DNA of 64,000 nt from an uncultured Anaerolineales bacterium (GTDB lineage: Bacteria > Chloroflexota > Anaerolineae > B4-G1 > SLSP01): assembly GCA_964437445.1 (NCBI GenBank), contig CAYTGR010000013.1, positions 17,786 through 81,785 of the forward strand, written 5' to 3'. Both the position numbers and the translations under genes were made by a program. The notes under the pieces were generated by a model. The model saw only the letters and a program-made list of their open reading frames with translations, was not told the DNA's origin and made no database searches. Shown here piece by piece: positions 45,676 through 55,103 of the stretch; the first letter of the stretch is position 1; every line of letters begins with the position of its first letter.

Positions 45676-47016
45676 ATGCAAGTCAACCCGGGGATTTTTA
45701 AAGCTTACGATATTCGTGGCCTCTACCCGACCGATCTGAACGAGGCGATTGCCTATCTCATCGGGCGGGCCTTTGTGACCTACGTGGCCGGGCAGCAGGT
45801 CATCGTTGGGCGCGACATGCGCCTCTCCGGCCCGGCGTTGATGGCGGCGGTCGTGCGGGGGATCACCGACCAGGGGGCGGACGTGCTTGACATCGGGATG
45901 GTCAGCACCGACCAGTATTACTTCGCCTGCGCGCAGTTGGGGCTGCCGGGCATGATGGTGACCGCGTCGCACAACCCCAAGCCTTACAACGGCTTCAAGA
46001 TGGTCCAGAAGATGCCCTACCTGCTCAGCGGCGACGCCGGCATCCAGGAGCTGCGGCAGCTGGTGGAGAGTGAAGCTTTCCCTGTTCCCGCGCGCCACGG
46101 GCAGGTGGTGGCGCAGGACTTCCGCGCCGCCTTTGTGGAGAAGCTGCTCTCACTCATTGATGTCCCGGCGCTCCGGCCGCTCAAGGTCGTCGCCGATACC
46201 GGCAACGGCATGGTCGGCCCCAGCCTGCTGGAGGTCTACAGCCGGCTGCCGGTGCAGCTGGTCGGCCTCTATCTGGAACCTGACGGCAACCTGCCCAACC
46301 ACGGGCTGGATCCGCTCATGCCGGAGAATCGCGCCGAGCTCCAGCGGCGGGTGGTGGAGGAGGGGGCCGACGTCGGCTTTGCCTTTGACGGCGACGGCGA
46401 TCGCTTTTTCGTCATTGACGACCGGGGGCAGTTTGTCCCTGGTGATTTTCTCACCGCGCTGTTGGGCAGCTATCTGCTGGAGAAACAGCCCGGCGCGAAG
46501 ATCATTCATGACGTGCGGGCCTCGTGGGCTGTCCGTGACCTGATCCAGGCCGGCGGCGGGACACCGCTCATGGAGCGGGTGGGGCATGCCTTCATCAAGC
46601 GGCGGATGGCGGCCGAGGGCGCGGTCTTCGCCGGCGAGGTCTCCGGGCACTATTACTTCAAGGATTTCTTCTACGCCGATTCAGGCCTTACCCCGTCGTT
46701 GTTGGTGCTGGAGATGCTCTCCAAACGCGGCGTGAAAATGTCCACGCTCCTGCAGGCGCTGGAGGCGCGCTACTTTATCTCCGGCGAGATCAACTCTACC
46801 GTGCGCGACCCGGCGGCCAAGATGCAGGAATTGACCGAGCGGTATAGCGACGGAGAGCAGCAAACGTTAGACGGCATCTCCGTCATTTATCCGACCTGGC
46901 ACTTCAACGTGCGGCCTTCCAACACCGAGCCGTTGTTGCGGCTGAACTTAGAGGCAATGAGCCGCGCGGAACTGGAACAGCGGCGCGACGAGGTACTGGC
47001 GATCATCCGGGGATAA
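45676..47016 (+). CDS. Phosphomannomutase/phosphoglucomutase (alpha-D-phosphohexomutase)
   Basis: Active-site TASHNP, metal loop DGDGDR, sugar-binding GEVSGH. Confidence 0.9.
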   Translation: MQVNPGIFKAYDIRGLYPTDLNEAIAYLIGRAFVTYVAGQQVIVGRDMRLSGPALMAAVVRGITDQGADVLDIGMVSTDQYYFACAQLGLPGMMVTASHNPKPYNGFKMVQKMPYLLSGDAGIQELRQLVESEAFPVPARHGQVVAQDFRAAFVEKLLSLIDVPALRPLKVVADTGNGMVGPSLLEVYSRLPVQLVGLYLEPDGNLPNHGLDPLMPENRAELQRRVVEEGADVGFAFDGDGDRFFVIDDRGQFVPGDFLTALLGSYLLEKQPGAKIIHDVRASWAVRDLIQAGGGTPLMERVGHAFIKRRMAAEGAVFAGEVSGHYYFKDFFYADSGLTPSLLVLEMLSKRGVKMSTLLQALEARYFISGEINSTVRDPAAKMQELTERYSDGEQQTLDGISVIYPTWHFNVRPSNTEPLLRLNLEAMSRAELEQRRDEVLAIIRG

Positions 47017-47053
47017 CCCGGGCAAAAATGATTTCACTGACACAGTTCCACCC

Positions 47054-47872
47054 ATGATTGAACTTCCTGCCACTCATTATGCCAACGTGTTACCGTTATT
47101 GCGGGACGCCAGGCAGCCGGTGGTCCCGCACTCGGTTTGCGAAGGGTACAATCCCGGCCGCGTCTTCGCCGATGACCCCGACCGTCCCACGAGCGCATTG
47201 GTCTGGCTCCCGTGCGGCTATCTCTTCCTGGCCGGCGAACCGGCAGCGGAGCTCACGCCGGCGGCCCTGGCCCCGCTCCTGTGGGAGACGCTCGTGCCGG
47301 CCTGGCAGGCCGCCGGCGAGACCGGGTTCGTGCTCGTGCCGTTCTCCGCTGCCTGGGCCGCGTTGTTGGCGGCCTTGCTGCAGGACCAGCCCCATGAGCT
47401 GATCTATCGCCGGACGTTCACGTTTGACTTGCAGCGCTTCGCCGCGCACCGTGATTGGGCGGCGCGCATCCCGGCTGGGTTTGGGATGCAGCGCATGGAC
47501 CAGGCGCTGGTGGAGCGCCTGGGGGGGATGCCGTCGTGGGCCTCCACGGAGGATTTTCTCGCGCGGGGGATCGGCTACTGCCTGCTGAAAGCGGATGCTG
47601 TCGCCAGTACCTGCACGACGGTGTTTGCCACCTCCACCCGCGTGGAAATTGACGTGCATACCGACGCGGCTTATCGCGGGCAAGGGCTGGCAACGCTGAC
47701 CGCCGCGGCGCTGATTGATGAGTGTCTGCGCGGCGGGCGGCAGCCCCATTGGGAGTGCTTTTGGAATAACGCGGCGTCGGATCGCCTGGCCGGCCGCCTG
47801 GGCTTTGAATTCAAGGAAGATTACCCGGTCTACTTTTGGGAGCCGCCGGCGGCAGCGGACGGTAGACCGTAG
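47054..47872 (+). CDS. GNAT-fold acetyltransferase-like protein
   Basis: C-terminal RGQGLATLTAAALIDE..LGFEF block is a GNAT motif A/B. Confidence 0.55.
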   Translation: MIELPATHYANVLPLLRDARQPVVPHSVCEGYNPGRVFADDPDRPTSALVWLPCGYLFLAGEPAAELTPAALAPLLWETLVPAWQAAGETGFVLVPFSAAWAALLAALLQDQPHELIYRRTFTFDLQRFAAHRDWAARIPAGFGMQRMDQALVERLGGMPSWASTEDFLARGIGYCLLKADAVASTCTTVFATSTRVEIDVHTDAAYRGQGLATLTAAALIDECLRGGRQPHWECFWNNAASDRLAGRLGFEFKEDYPVYFWEPPAAADGRP

Positions 47873-48070
47873 ACGGCGAACAAGGTCTGAAAAAGCCGGC
47901 ATTCTCTGTAGTGTTGGTGGTGGGCGCAAGAATCGTCAAGGTGGGGCCGTTGACGTGCCTGGGTGGGGGGCAAATGCGCAAGCGGCGTCAAGACGGGGCG
48001 GGGCTGATCGGCTATACTGAGGGCGTGAACCGGGGGAACCGGTCCAAAAATCGCTTTCAGGAGGCTGGGA

Positions 48071-48559
48071 ATGGACGCGCAAGAGTTTGTGGTGAAGCCG
48101 ATCGGGCATGTACGGGCAGGCGAGAATGGTTTTTGCCTGGAGATTGATCCGGCTTATGCGCCGGCGTTGCAGGGGTTGCAGGGGTTCGGTTACGTAGTGG
48201 TGCTCTGGTGGTGCCATCTGCTGGATGGGCCGGAGTACCGGCAGGTTTTGATCTGCCAGCAGCCGTACAAGGAAGCGCCGGCCGAAATGGGCATTTTTGC
48301 CACCCGGGCGCCAGTCCGCCCCAATCCGATTGCGGTGACGCCGGTGGCGGTCCTGGACCTGGACGTAGAGCGGGGTATCATTACCATCCCCTACATTGAC
48401 GCCGAGGACGGGACGCCGATCCTGGATCTCAAACCCTATTCTCCTTGCAGTGACCGGGTGCGCGATGCGCGGGTGCCGGACTGGTGCGCCGCCTGGCCGC
48501 AATGGTATGAGGATTCTGCCACCTTTGATTGGTCCGCGGTCTTCGTCAACGCGCGGTAA
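48071..48559 (+). CDS. trmO: tRNA (adenine37-N6)-methyltransferase TrmO (TsaA/YaeB family)
   Basis: GIFATRAPVRPNPIAVT and DAEDGTPILDLKPY match TsaA family conserved blocks. Confidence 0.7.
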   Translation: MDAQEFVVKPIGHVRAGENGFCLEIDPAYAPALQGLQGFGYVVVLWWCHLLDGPEYRQVLICQQPYKEAPAEMGIFATRAPVRPNPIAVTPVAVLDLDVERGIITIPYIDAEDGTPILDLKPYSPCSDRVRDARVPDWCAAWPQWYEDSATFDWSAVFVNAR

Positions 48560-48664
48560 CGGCGCGGCTGAAGCCGCAGAAGATAAGGTTAAAGAGGGTT
48601 TTTCAGGGGTGGGCAAAGCCTGCCCGTGAAAAACCCTTAAACCTTTGGGGGAGGGCCCGAGACG

Positions 48665-49177
48665 ATGAAAGCACGTCTGGTTGAAATGCCGGCCTTGTGG
48701 CTGGTCGGGTTTGATTTTTTCGGCGATCCGTTTAGGAGCCACGGTGGTTGGAGCGCCGAGAACGAAATCGGCCGGCTGTGGCAGCGCTGGATGAATTACC
48801 TGGAGACGGCGCCCTCCTCCCTGGATGCCGTTAAAGAGATGGCAGTCATGTACGAAGTCCACATCTACCACCCGGAGACGCTCCAGACCGGCGAGTTGGA
48901 GGTTTTCACCGGCGTGGAAGTCGCCCAGGTGCAGGTGATGGAACTGCCGCTGGAGGTCGTGGTCAAGCGGGTGCCGGGAGGGCGCTATGCCGTCTTTACC
49001 CTCACCGGCGAGGCGATTGTTTCCGACTGGCTCTGGCAGCTGGACACCGAATGGCTGCCGGCGCTGGGGGTGCAGCGGTTAGCCACACACAGTTTCCAGC
49101 GGTATGACGCGCGTTTCAAGGGGATGGACCGGATCGCTGAATCAGAGTTGGACGTCTACATTCCGCTGGCGTCGTGA
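48665..49177 (+). CDS. GyrI-like small-molecule-binding domain protein
   Basis: 170 aa with alpha/beta GyrI-like pattern. Directly upstream of an AraC regulator that carries its own GyrI-like domain. Confidence 0.55.
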   Translation: MKARLVEMPALWLVGFDFFGDPFRSHGGWSAENEIGRLWQRWMNYLETAPSSLDAVKEMAVMYEVHIYHPETLQTGELEVFTGVEVAQVQVMELPLEVVVKRVPGGRYAVFTLTGEAIVSDWLWQLDTEWLPALGVQRLATHSFQRYDARFKGMDRIAESELDVYIPLAS

Positions 49178-49187
49178 GGGCAGGGCG

Positions 49188-50033
49188 ATGGCGGATGTGG
49201 AGAGCATGGCGCGCGCGGTGGATTTCATTGAAGCGCACCTGCAAGAGCCGATCGGGGTGGGCGAGATGGCGTTGGCCGTCTCGTATTCCCTCTATCATTT
49301 TTGCCACACCTTCAGCCGGCTGACGGGCCACACGCCTTATGACTACCTGATGCGCCGCCGTATCGCCGAGGCCGCGCGCACGCTCTGGCAGACCGACCAT
49401 AAAATCATTGACGTTGCCCTGATGTATCAGTTTAACAGCCCGGAGACCTTTTCGCGGGCTTTCAAGCGGGTGCTGGGATGGCAACCGCAGCAGTGGCGCC
49501 GGCAGGCGCGGATCGGGCCGCGCCAGTTGATGCCGCCGTTGACGCTAACGCACCTGCGCCACTGGCAGCGGTGCGCCTGGCGGCCGGTGGTTGAGCAGCG
49601 GCCGGCGCTCTCGTTCGTGGGGGCGATGACCTGGCTGCCGGCGGAGACGGCGGACCCTGCTCCGGCGTGGGCCTGGTTGCGGCGCGAATTGGGTGATGCC
49701 GCGCCGGGGCCGTTTTACGGGTTGACCTGCGGGGCGGCTGATGGTGCGCCGGACGTGACCTGCTTAGCGGCGGTGGCGGATAGCGGCGCACTCGCGGCCG
49801 GCCGCGCGCTCGTCGTCAAGTCGCTGCCGCCGTTGACCTGGGGGATCGTTACCCATCGCGGCCCGGCGGGCGATTTCGGCCTGACGCTGGATTATCTTTA
49901 CCACACCTGGCTGCCGCAGACCGACTACCGTCCGGCCTGGCCGGGGTATCTGGAGTCCTACGGTCCCACACCGGGGCGGTCGGCGGCGGAAGAGAGCGCG
50001 TGGGAGGTCGCGGTCCCGCTGGTGAGGGGGTGA
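49188..50033 (+). CDS. AraC-family transcriptional regulator with C-terminal GyrI-like effector domain
   Basis: AraC HTH pair (MALAVSYSLYHFCHTFSRLTGHTPYDYLMRRRIAEA..PETFSRAFKRVLG). Start at MADVES (49188). Confidence 0.8.
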   Translation: MADVESMARAVDFIEAHLQEPIGVGEMALAVSYSLYHFCHTFSRLTGHTPYDYLMRRRIAEAARTLWQTDHKIIDVALMYQFNSPETFSRAFKRVLGWQPQQWRRQARIGPRQLMPPLTLTHLRHWQRCAWRPVVEQRPALSFVGAMTWLPAETADPAPAWAWLRRELGDAAPGPFYGLTCGAADGAPDVTCLAAVADSGALAAGRALVVKSLPPLTWGIVTHRGPAGDFGLTLDYLYHTWLPQTDYRPAWPGYLESYGPTPGRSAAEESAWEVAVPLVRG

Positions 50034-50044
50034 GCGGGCCGCGG

Positions 50045-50536
50045 TTACGCCGCGCCGCGAAAGACGACGCGGAATCGCTCGCAGAGTACCGGCATGGTCT
50101 CAGTACATTCCAGGCCGAGCGCCGCGCACTCCCGCCCAAAGTAGCGCCAGTGGACCTCACGCCAGGCCGCCAGTGAGCGGTCATCCTCGCCCTCGGCATA
50201 GGCGTGCTCGGCCGTCACTGCATTGAACGGGCGAATTTCCAGGTGCGTGGTCTGGATGATACAGAGTGGCTGGCCCGCACCGTTGAGGATTACGCTGTAA
50301 TCACCCACCTGGGGCAGCGGCTCGTGTTGGACCTCGTAGGCCTGCAAGAGCGAGGCGGTGCCGGTCTTGCGGCCTGCCATGACCAGCGCTCCCAATTCAT
50401 CGGCGACGGCGGGAGTGTGGCCGAAGCTCCAGGCCGTGAACGTAGCGGGCCGGTTGGCCTCCGGTAGGGTCGCCAGGTAAGCTGCCCAGAAAGCGGCAAC
50501 CTTTGGGCTGTTCCCACTCTCATCATTGTTATCCAT
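50045..50536 (-). CDS. ASCH-domain (PUA-like) protein
   Basis: About 160 aa, small beta-barrel pattern with the conserved GxKT..E stretch (AGRKTGTASLLQAYEVQHEPLP). Confidence 0.45.
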   Translation of the reverse strand: MDNNDESGNSPKVAAFWAAYLATLPEANRPATFTAWSFGHTPAVADELGALVMAGRKTGTASLLQAYEVQHEPLPQVGDYSVILNGAGQPLCIIQTTHLEIRPFNAVTAEHAYAEGEDDRSLAAWREVHWRYFGRECAALGLECTETMPVLCERFRVVFRGAA

Positions 50537-50576
50537 ACGTTTGCCCCCACTGCCATGAGTAAAATAACCCAAGTTG

Positions 50577-51626
50577 CTACCTATCATTGGTAAGGGTTGC
50601 CGTTTCTGCTCCCGCCCTCATCCCTTTGCCTTCATCCTTCTTACTGACTGCGTCCCGGAAGAGCGCCGCCATCCGGCAGGCAGCTACCGGAGCGTGCCCC
50701 ACGGCGGTCTCGTCGGAGAGGACCAGGCCGCGATAGCCCTGTTGCAGCGCCGCGTAGAGATAGCAGAGCTCCGAACGGGTGGGGTCGGCGTGGGCGGTCA
50801 TGTGCTCCAGCACCTGTCCTGCCAGCAACGTGGGCCTGGGGAGCGCGCTCACCTGCGCTGAGAAGCGGTAGACGGTCTCGGCGAGCGCCCGCAGGCCCAC
50901 TTCTGCCCCTAAATCCCCGCGACAGAGCCAGAGCTCATCGGCGTAAGTGGCCAGCGACGCCGCTTCGCTCACGGCCGGTTCCCGCTCCAACTTGGCGATC
51001 AGATAGGCTGCCGGCCCGATCAGATTCCGGTAGCGAGCCATCTCCACCGCGTCCTTCACGTAAGAGAGCGCGTAACGCACCGCCGGCAACGTCTGTGTCT
51101 CGGTGATGATCTGGCGATCTTTCTCCGATAGCGCCTCCTGCCGGTGCTCGGAGGCGGTGTAGGTGATCCCTTTGCGGGCGGATAGTTCGCCGCCCTGGAG
51201 GACGCGAGCGCGGAGTTGTGTCGCCGTGGCTGCCTCCACCGCCAGCCTGACGCGGGCGTCGTTCAGCGCGATGACGCCGCTGGAGCCGGGGGCGGCCTGG
51301 AAGAAGTCGGGGTGGGGGACCGGCAGCACGGCGGGTTGGTCGCTGGCGGCGGCGTAGATCAGCGTCACCTCCGCACCGGCCTGGAGCGTCGCCGATGGGA
51401 AATCTCCCAACCGCCATTTGCTCCCTTGCAGGTCCAGGATGAGGGGCGGTTGCATCTGGCCTGCATGGTAGTGTTCCCACCGCTCTACCCAGCGGCGCAT
51501 TTGCGGCAGGTCCAGGTGCGACGTGTTGAGCCGGAACGCGGTCGCGCCGGCGGCCCGCAGCGCGTCCCAGATCGCTTCGCCCTCGCTGCTGGGACCTAAG
51601 GTGGCGACAATCTCGTAGTCCAGCAT
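50577..51626 (-). CDS. Pyruvate-kinase-like protein comprising only the barrel (A) and B domains, lacking the C-terminal regulatory domain
   Basis: FRLNTSH (R/N/S substrate loop), KLEREPAV (KIEN-like), LCRGDLGAEVG (GDLG), QVLEHMT (QMLESM-like). 349 aa, versus about 470 aa for canonical PK. Confidence 0.7.
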   Translation of the reverse strand: MLDYEIVATLGPSSEGEAIWDALRAAGATAFRLNTSHLDLPQMRRWVERWEHYHAGQMQPPLILDLQGSKWRLGDFPSATLQAGAEVTLIYAAASDQPAVLPVPHPDFFQAAPGSSGVIALNDARVRLAVEAATATQLRARVLQGGELSARKGITYTASEHRQEALSEKDRQIITETQTLPAVRYALSYVKDAVEMARYRNLIGPAAYLIAKLEREPAVSEAASLATYADELWLCRGDLGAEVGLRALAETVYRFSAQVSALPRPTLLAGQVLEHMTAHADPTRSELCYLYAALQQGYRGLVLSDETAVGHAPVAACRMAALFRDAVSKKDEGKGMRAGAETATLTNDR

Positions 51627-51649
51627 AGCACTCCGTTAAAGGTGTTTTA

Positions 51650-51735
51650 CCCGTTGAAACGGGACCGCAGACCGCGGACCACAGACCACGGACTTGAAAC
51701 CCGTGGTCTGTGGTCTGTCGTCTGTGGTCATCGCG
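51650..51735. repeat. Family C long palindrome built from GACCACR heptamers, copy 1
   Basis: GACCACAGACCACGGAC-TTGAAAC-CCGTGGTCTGTGGTC is a perfect 15-bp stem that extends imperfectly to about 30 bp. Sits between the helicase 3' end and the PK-like gene. Second copy at 57075..57160. Confidence 0.6.
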
Positions 51736-51760
51736 AGCAGCGTCCAGCCATGACTGGCAC

Positions 51761-54700
51761 CTACCGCCACCGCTCAAACGCCAGCTGGCGGATGCGGCGC
51801 CGGGGCCGGGCCCGCGCCTGGAGCAGGATGCGCCGTCCCTCCTCGGTGCGGGTGTAGATGAGCCGCCCGCCGCCGACGTAGTGCCGCCAGTGGCGCGCTA
51901 ACGCTTCGGCGCGCTCTTTGCGGGTCGCCAGCACTTCAGGGACGCGATGGTAGGCCCGCAGGTCTTCGCTCAGTCCCAACAGGGCGCGCACGGCGGCCCA
52001 GAGCGGCCGGTAGATGAGGCCGCGCAAGGAGGCGCTGTCGCGCTCAATCAGGTAGCGGGCGTCACCTAAAGGCCCCAGCAATTCGCGGTAGGCGCGCGCG
52101 AAGGTGTCGGCATCTTCCGGCGAGGCGTAGTCCACGAAAACCTCGTAGCCGCCCTCCTCTGTCTCTACCACGCGGAGATAGGCATCGGTCAGGGTGTGGC
52201 TGACCAGACCCGCGTCACGCAGCGCCGCCAGCAGCGCCCGCCCCATATCCAGGAGCACCGCGTCGGCGGGCAGCTCCAGAAAGGTCCGCCGGAAGAGCTT
52301 GTAAATCTCGTAGCCGTTGAGCGCGAGCGTTCCGACCAGCGCAGCGAGGGTGGCAAGCGGGATGCACAGGAGCAGCGCTTCGGGCGCCCCACTGCCCAGG
52401 TAAATCAGGTTGAGCCAGATCACCGCTGCGGTAGCCACCAGGCTGACCAGGAGCCGCCGGCTCATCGCAGTGAGCGATTCCTGCACGGTGTAGGCTGTAC
52501 GGAACGTCAGGTCTTCTTTGACCAGGTGGGTGGCGCTGTAACTGAAGTTGGAGTAGGGTTGCCCCACGCCCCACAGGTCGTAGATGTGGTCTCGCTCGCC
52601 GACGGCGGCTAACATCCGGCGCGTGTAAGTGTCAAAATGGATCTGCTTGAAAGGCCGCTGCCAGAGGTCACGGGCCAGGTTCAGATCCACGTGGGCGACG
52701 CCGCGCACGATCTGGCCGGCCAGCGCCGGGGGTGCAACCTGGCCCTGGAAGGCCGCGCCGAGCTGCCGTTGCAGGTCCTGGGCGGGACGCTGGGCCACGA
52801 CGCCCCAGGTGCGGCTATGTTTGGCGACAAAGCGGCGCAGGTCGGCATCGCCTTTATCAAAGGCGCGGCTGACGCAGACGACATCCCAGTTGTGCGCCAC
52901 TTTGCGCGGCCAGGCCGGATCCAAGCGGATGCTGCGCCCGCGAATTTGCTGGACGCCGGTGCTGGTGGTGACGGCGGTCAGGTCAATCAGCGTGTTGAGG
53001 CTGAGCGCGTCCCAGCCCTCGCCGAAAATGCCGCGCGTCCCGACTAAACAGCGGGTCAGCCCCTGTTCAAACAGCGCCGTGAGGAGCGCCACGTAGGTGC
53101 GTGATGACCACACGGCCCCGCTCCCCACCAGTTGCAGGATGCGCGGATCGTCGGTCGGCTGCCAGTCCCAGGTGAAGGTTGTGCCGCGCGCCGCCAGCCA
53201 CTGGCGGATGGCGGCGTCTAAGGCGTCGCGGCGACGGGCATCTATCAGCACCAGCTGGCCGGTGACCAGGATGGGGCCTAATACCTCGGCGACCGGGGCG
53301 GCGACCAGGCGGCGGAAGACGCGCACGGCGCTGCCGGCGTCGGCATCCAGCACCCCTTTCAAGCCGCGCGTGCTGGCGCTCAGCCGTTCGTAATCGGTGA
53401 TCACGACAGCGCGCAAAGGCGGGCCGAGTGCGGCGGCCTCGGCGGTGAGGATTTCTACCACGGCCTCATCTTTGGCTTCCGAAAGCGCGAGCACCAGGTC
53501 GCCGGGGGAGCGCCCGTGGCGGATCCCCCGCTCGCTGAGCGTGATGCCGAACGTCAGCAGCAGCTCGCGCAGCTCGCGGTAGAGCGCGTGCGCGCCGGGG
53601 TCGGCGCTGGGTTTGAGCACAACCAACCCAAACCGCTCCAGCAACGTCAGCCAGTCATCCATGGTGGGTGATCCCTGCATCTCTTCCGTGATGAGCACAT
53701 CGGCCGGGAGCGGCGCTCCCAAGGCCTGTAGCACTTTCACGGCAGCGCTACAGAGCAGCGGCTCGCGGTTGAAGAAGGCCTCAAAAGAGAGAGGGGCAGC
53801 GGGGGAAGGAGGAGAGGGGGAGAAGGAAGAAGGGGAGAGGGGGGTATTGGCCATGTCTGTGCCGTTTTCGGCTTCCGCGTCTGTCTCAGCGGGCTCTTCT
53901 GCCGTGGATGCGTTGGAGACGTTGATGCGCCGATTGGCTGCTTCGTCTCGCTGCTCCACCAGGGCTACCACCCAATCGCGGAAGGCCGGTGTGCCTGTGA
54001 CCCGCTGGATGGCGGTCTCAAACTCCTGCTGGATATGCTTGAGGTAGTGCTGTTCGCGCGGAGATGGCTCGCAGAAGTAGACCAGGTCGCGGTAGGGGGC
54101 GAGATTCCCCTCTTTGACCACGGCGGGAGTGGGCACCTCAAAATCCACCTCGCCGAGCAGCCAGGTGTAGTTCTCGTACTCCGTTTCGTTTTCGGGCGAG
54201 GGCAGCGTGGCTGTCAGGCCGATGACGCGCACTCCCGGCAGCGCCTGGATCAGCGCGCGCAGGACGAAGGCCCAGTAGTCCAGCAGGTGGTGGCATTCGT
54301 CTAAGATGACGGTGCCCGTTCCCTGCGCTACCAGGCGGGCAATCAGGTCGCGGGCGTTGGGGTGGAGGAATTGCTGCACGGACACCTCGCCGCGCTGCAA
54401 AATCTCGCGCTTGAGGCGGCGATACCGTTTGGCGATCTCGGCGCGAAAGGCGGCGGGGTTGCTGCTGCGCAGGGCCTCAATCCGCACGCGGGCGGCCTCT
54501 TCAGTCTCGGTTTTGCTCCCGCTCAGCAGGTCATCCACCCAGCGCTCCAGCGCGACTTCGGTCACGAACTCCAACGCCTCGCCGGGGGTGGAGAGCGCCT
54601 GGTAGGTGAGGCAGGTGATCTCGGCCAGGCGACCCGGCTCTAAGCTGGTATGCCCGGCTATCCAGGCCGGATCGTCGATGAAGAGGCCGATCTTCTCCTG

Positions 54701-54964
54701 CCATTGCTGCTGGATGGTGGTGGTCGGCGCAAAGACGACGGCGGGCTGCCCGAACCGGCGGATCAGCTCCAGGCCGACAATCGTCTTGCCCGCGCCCGGC
54801 GGGGCGACGATGTGGTATTTGGCGTCATCGTGCTGCGGGGCGGCCAGCTGGCGTTCTACCAGGTCCAGCACCATCTGCTGGTATTTGCGGAAGGTGCCGC
54901 GAAAGCGCAGCGCAGCCAGCGCCGGCGCAGCCGGGGGAGCGGGAGGGCTTTGGCTTTTCTTCAT
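51761..54964 (-). CDS. Superfamily-2 DEAH-type (ResIII-like) helicase with a low-complexity insertion and a C-terminal two-TM membrane module
   Basis: Walker A VAPPGAGKTIVG, motif II ILDECHHL, motif VI QIRGRSIRL. Ser/Pro-rich insertion. C-terminal ~330 aa contains LVSLVATAAVIWLNLIYL and LLLCIPLATLAALVGTLAL hydrophobic helices. Confidence 0.8.
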   Translation of the reverse strand: MKKSQSPPAPPAAPALAALRFRGTFRKYQQMVLDLVERQLAAPQHDDAKYHIVAPPGAGKTIVGLELIRRFGQPAVVFAPTTTIQQQWQEKIGLFIDDPAWIAGHTSLEPGRLAEITCLTYQALSTPGEALEFVTEVALERWVDDLLSGSKTETEEAARVRIEALRSSNPAAFRAEIAKRYRRLKREILQRGEVSVQQFLHPNARDLIARLVAQGTGTVILDECHHLLDYWAFVLRALIQALPGVRVIGLTATLPSPENETEYENYTWLLGEVDFEVPTPAVVKEGNLAPYRDLVYFCEPSPREQHYLKHIQQEFETAIQRVTGTPAFRDWVVALVEQRDEAANRRINVSNASTAEEPAETDAEAENGTDMANTPLSPSSFSPSPPSPAAPLSFEAFFNREPLLCSAAVKVLQALGAPLPADVLITEEMQGSPTMDDWLTLLERFGLVVLKPSADPGAHALYRELRELLLTFGITLSERGIRHGRSPGDLVLALSEAKDEAVVEILTAEAAALGPPLRAVVITDYERLSASTRGLKGVLDADAGSAVRVFRRLVAAPVAEVLGPILVTGQLVLIDARRRDALDAAIRQWLAARGTTFTWDWQPTDDPRILQLVGSGAVWSSRTYVALLTALFEQGLTRCLVGTRGIFGEGWDALSLNTLIDLTAVTTSTGVQQIRGRSIRLDPAWPRKVAHNWDVVCVSRAFDKGDADLRRFVAKHSRTWGVVAQRPAQDLQRQLGAAFQGQVAPPALAGQIVRGVAHVDLNLARDLWQRPFKQIHFDTYTRRMLAAVGERDHIYDLWGVGQPYSNFSYSATHLVKEDLTFRTAYTVQESLTAMSRRLLVSLVATAAVIWLNLIYLGSGAPEALLLCIPLATLAALVGTLALNGYEIYKLFRRTFLELPADAVLLDMGRALLAALRDAGLVSHTLTDAYLRVVETEEGGYEVFVDYASPEDADTFARAYRELLGPLGDARYLIERDSASLRGLIYRPLWAAVRALLGLSEDLRAYHRVPEVLATRKERAEALARHWRHYVGGGRLIYTRTEEGRRILLQARARPRRRIRQLAFERWR

Positions 54965-55103
54965 GCGGGGTATTGTAACCGGAATTGGATTTTGGACAAG
55001 AGGCCGGGTGGGGATACAATGGGGGAGAGCGGGAGAAGGTGAGAGCGGGAGAGGGTGAGAGCGGGAGAGCAGGAGAGCAGGAGAAGGGAAATAAAATAGG
55101 TGT

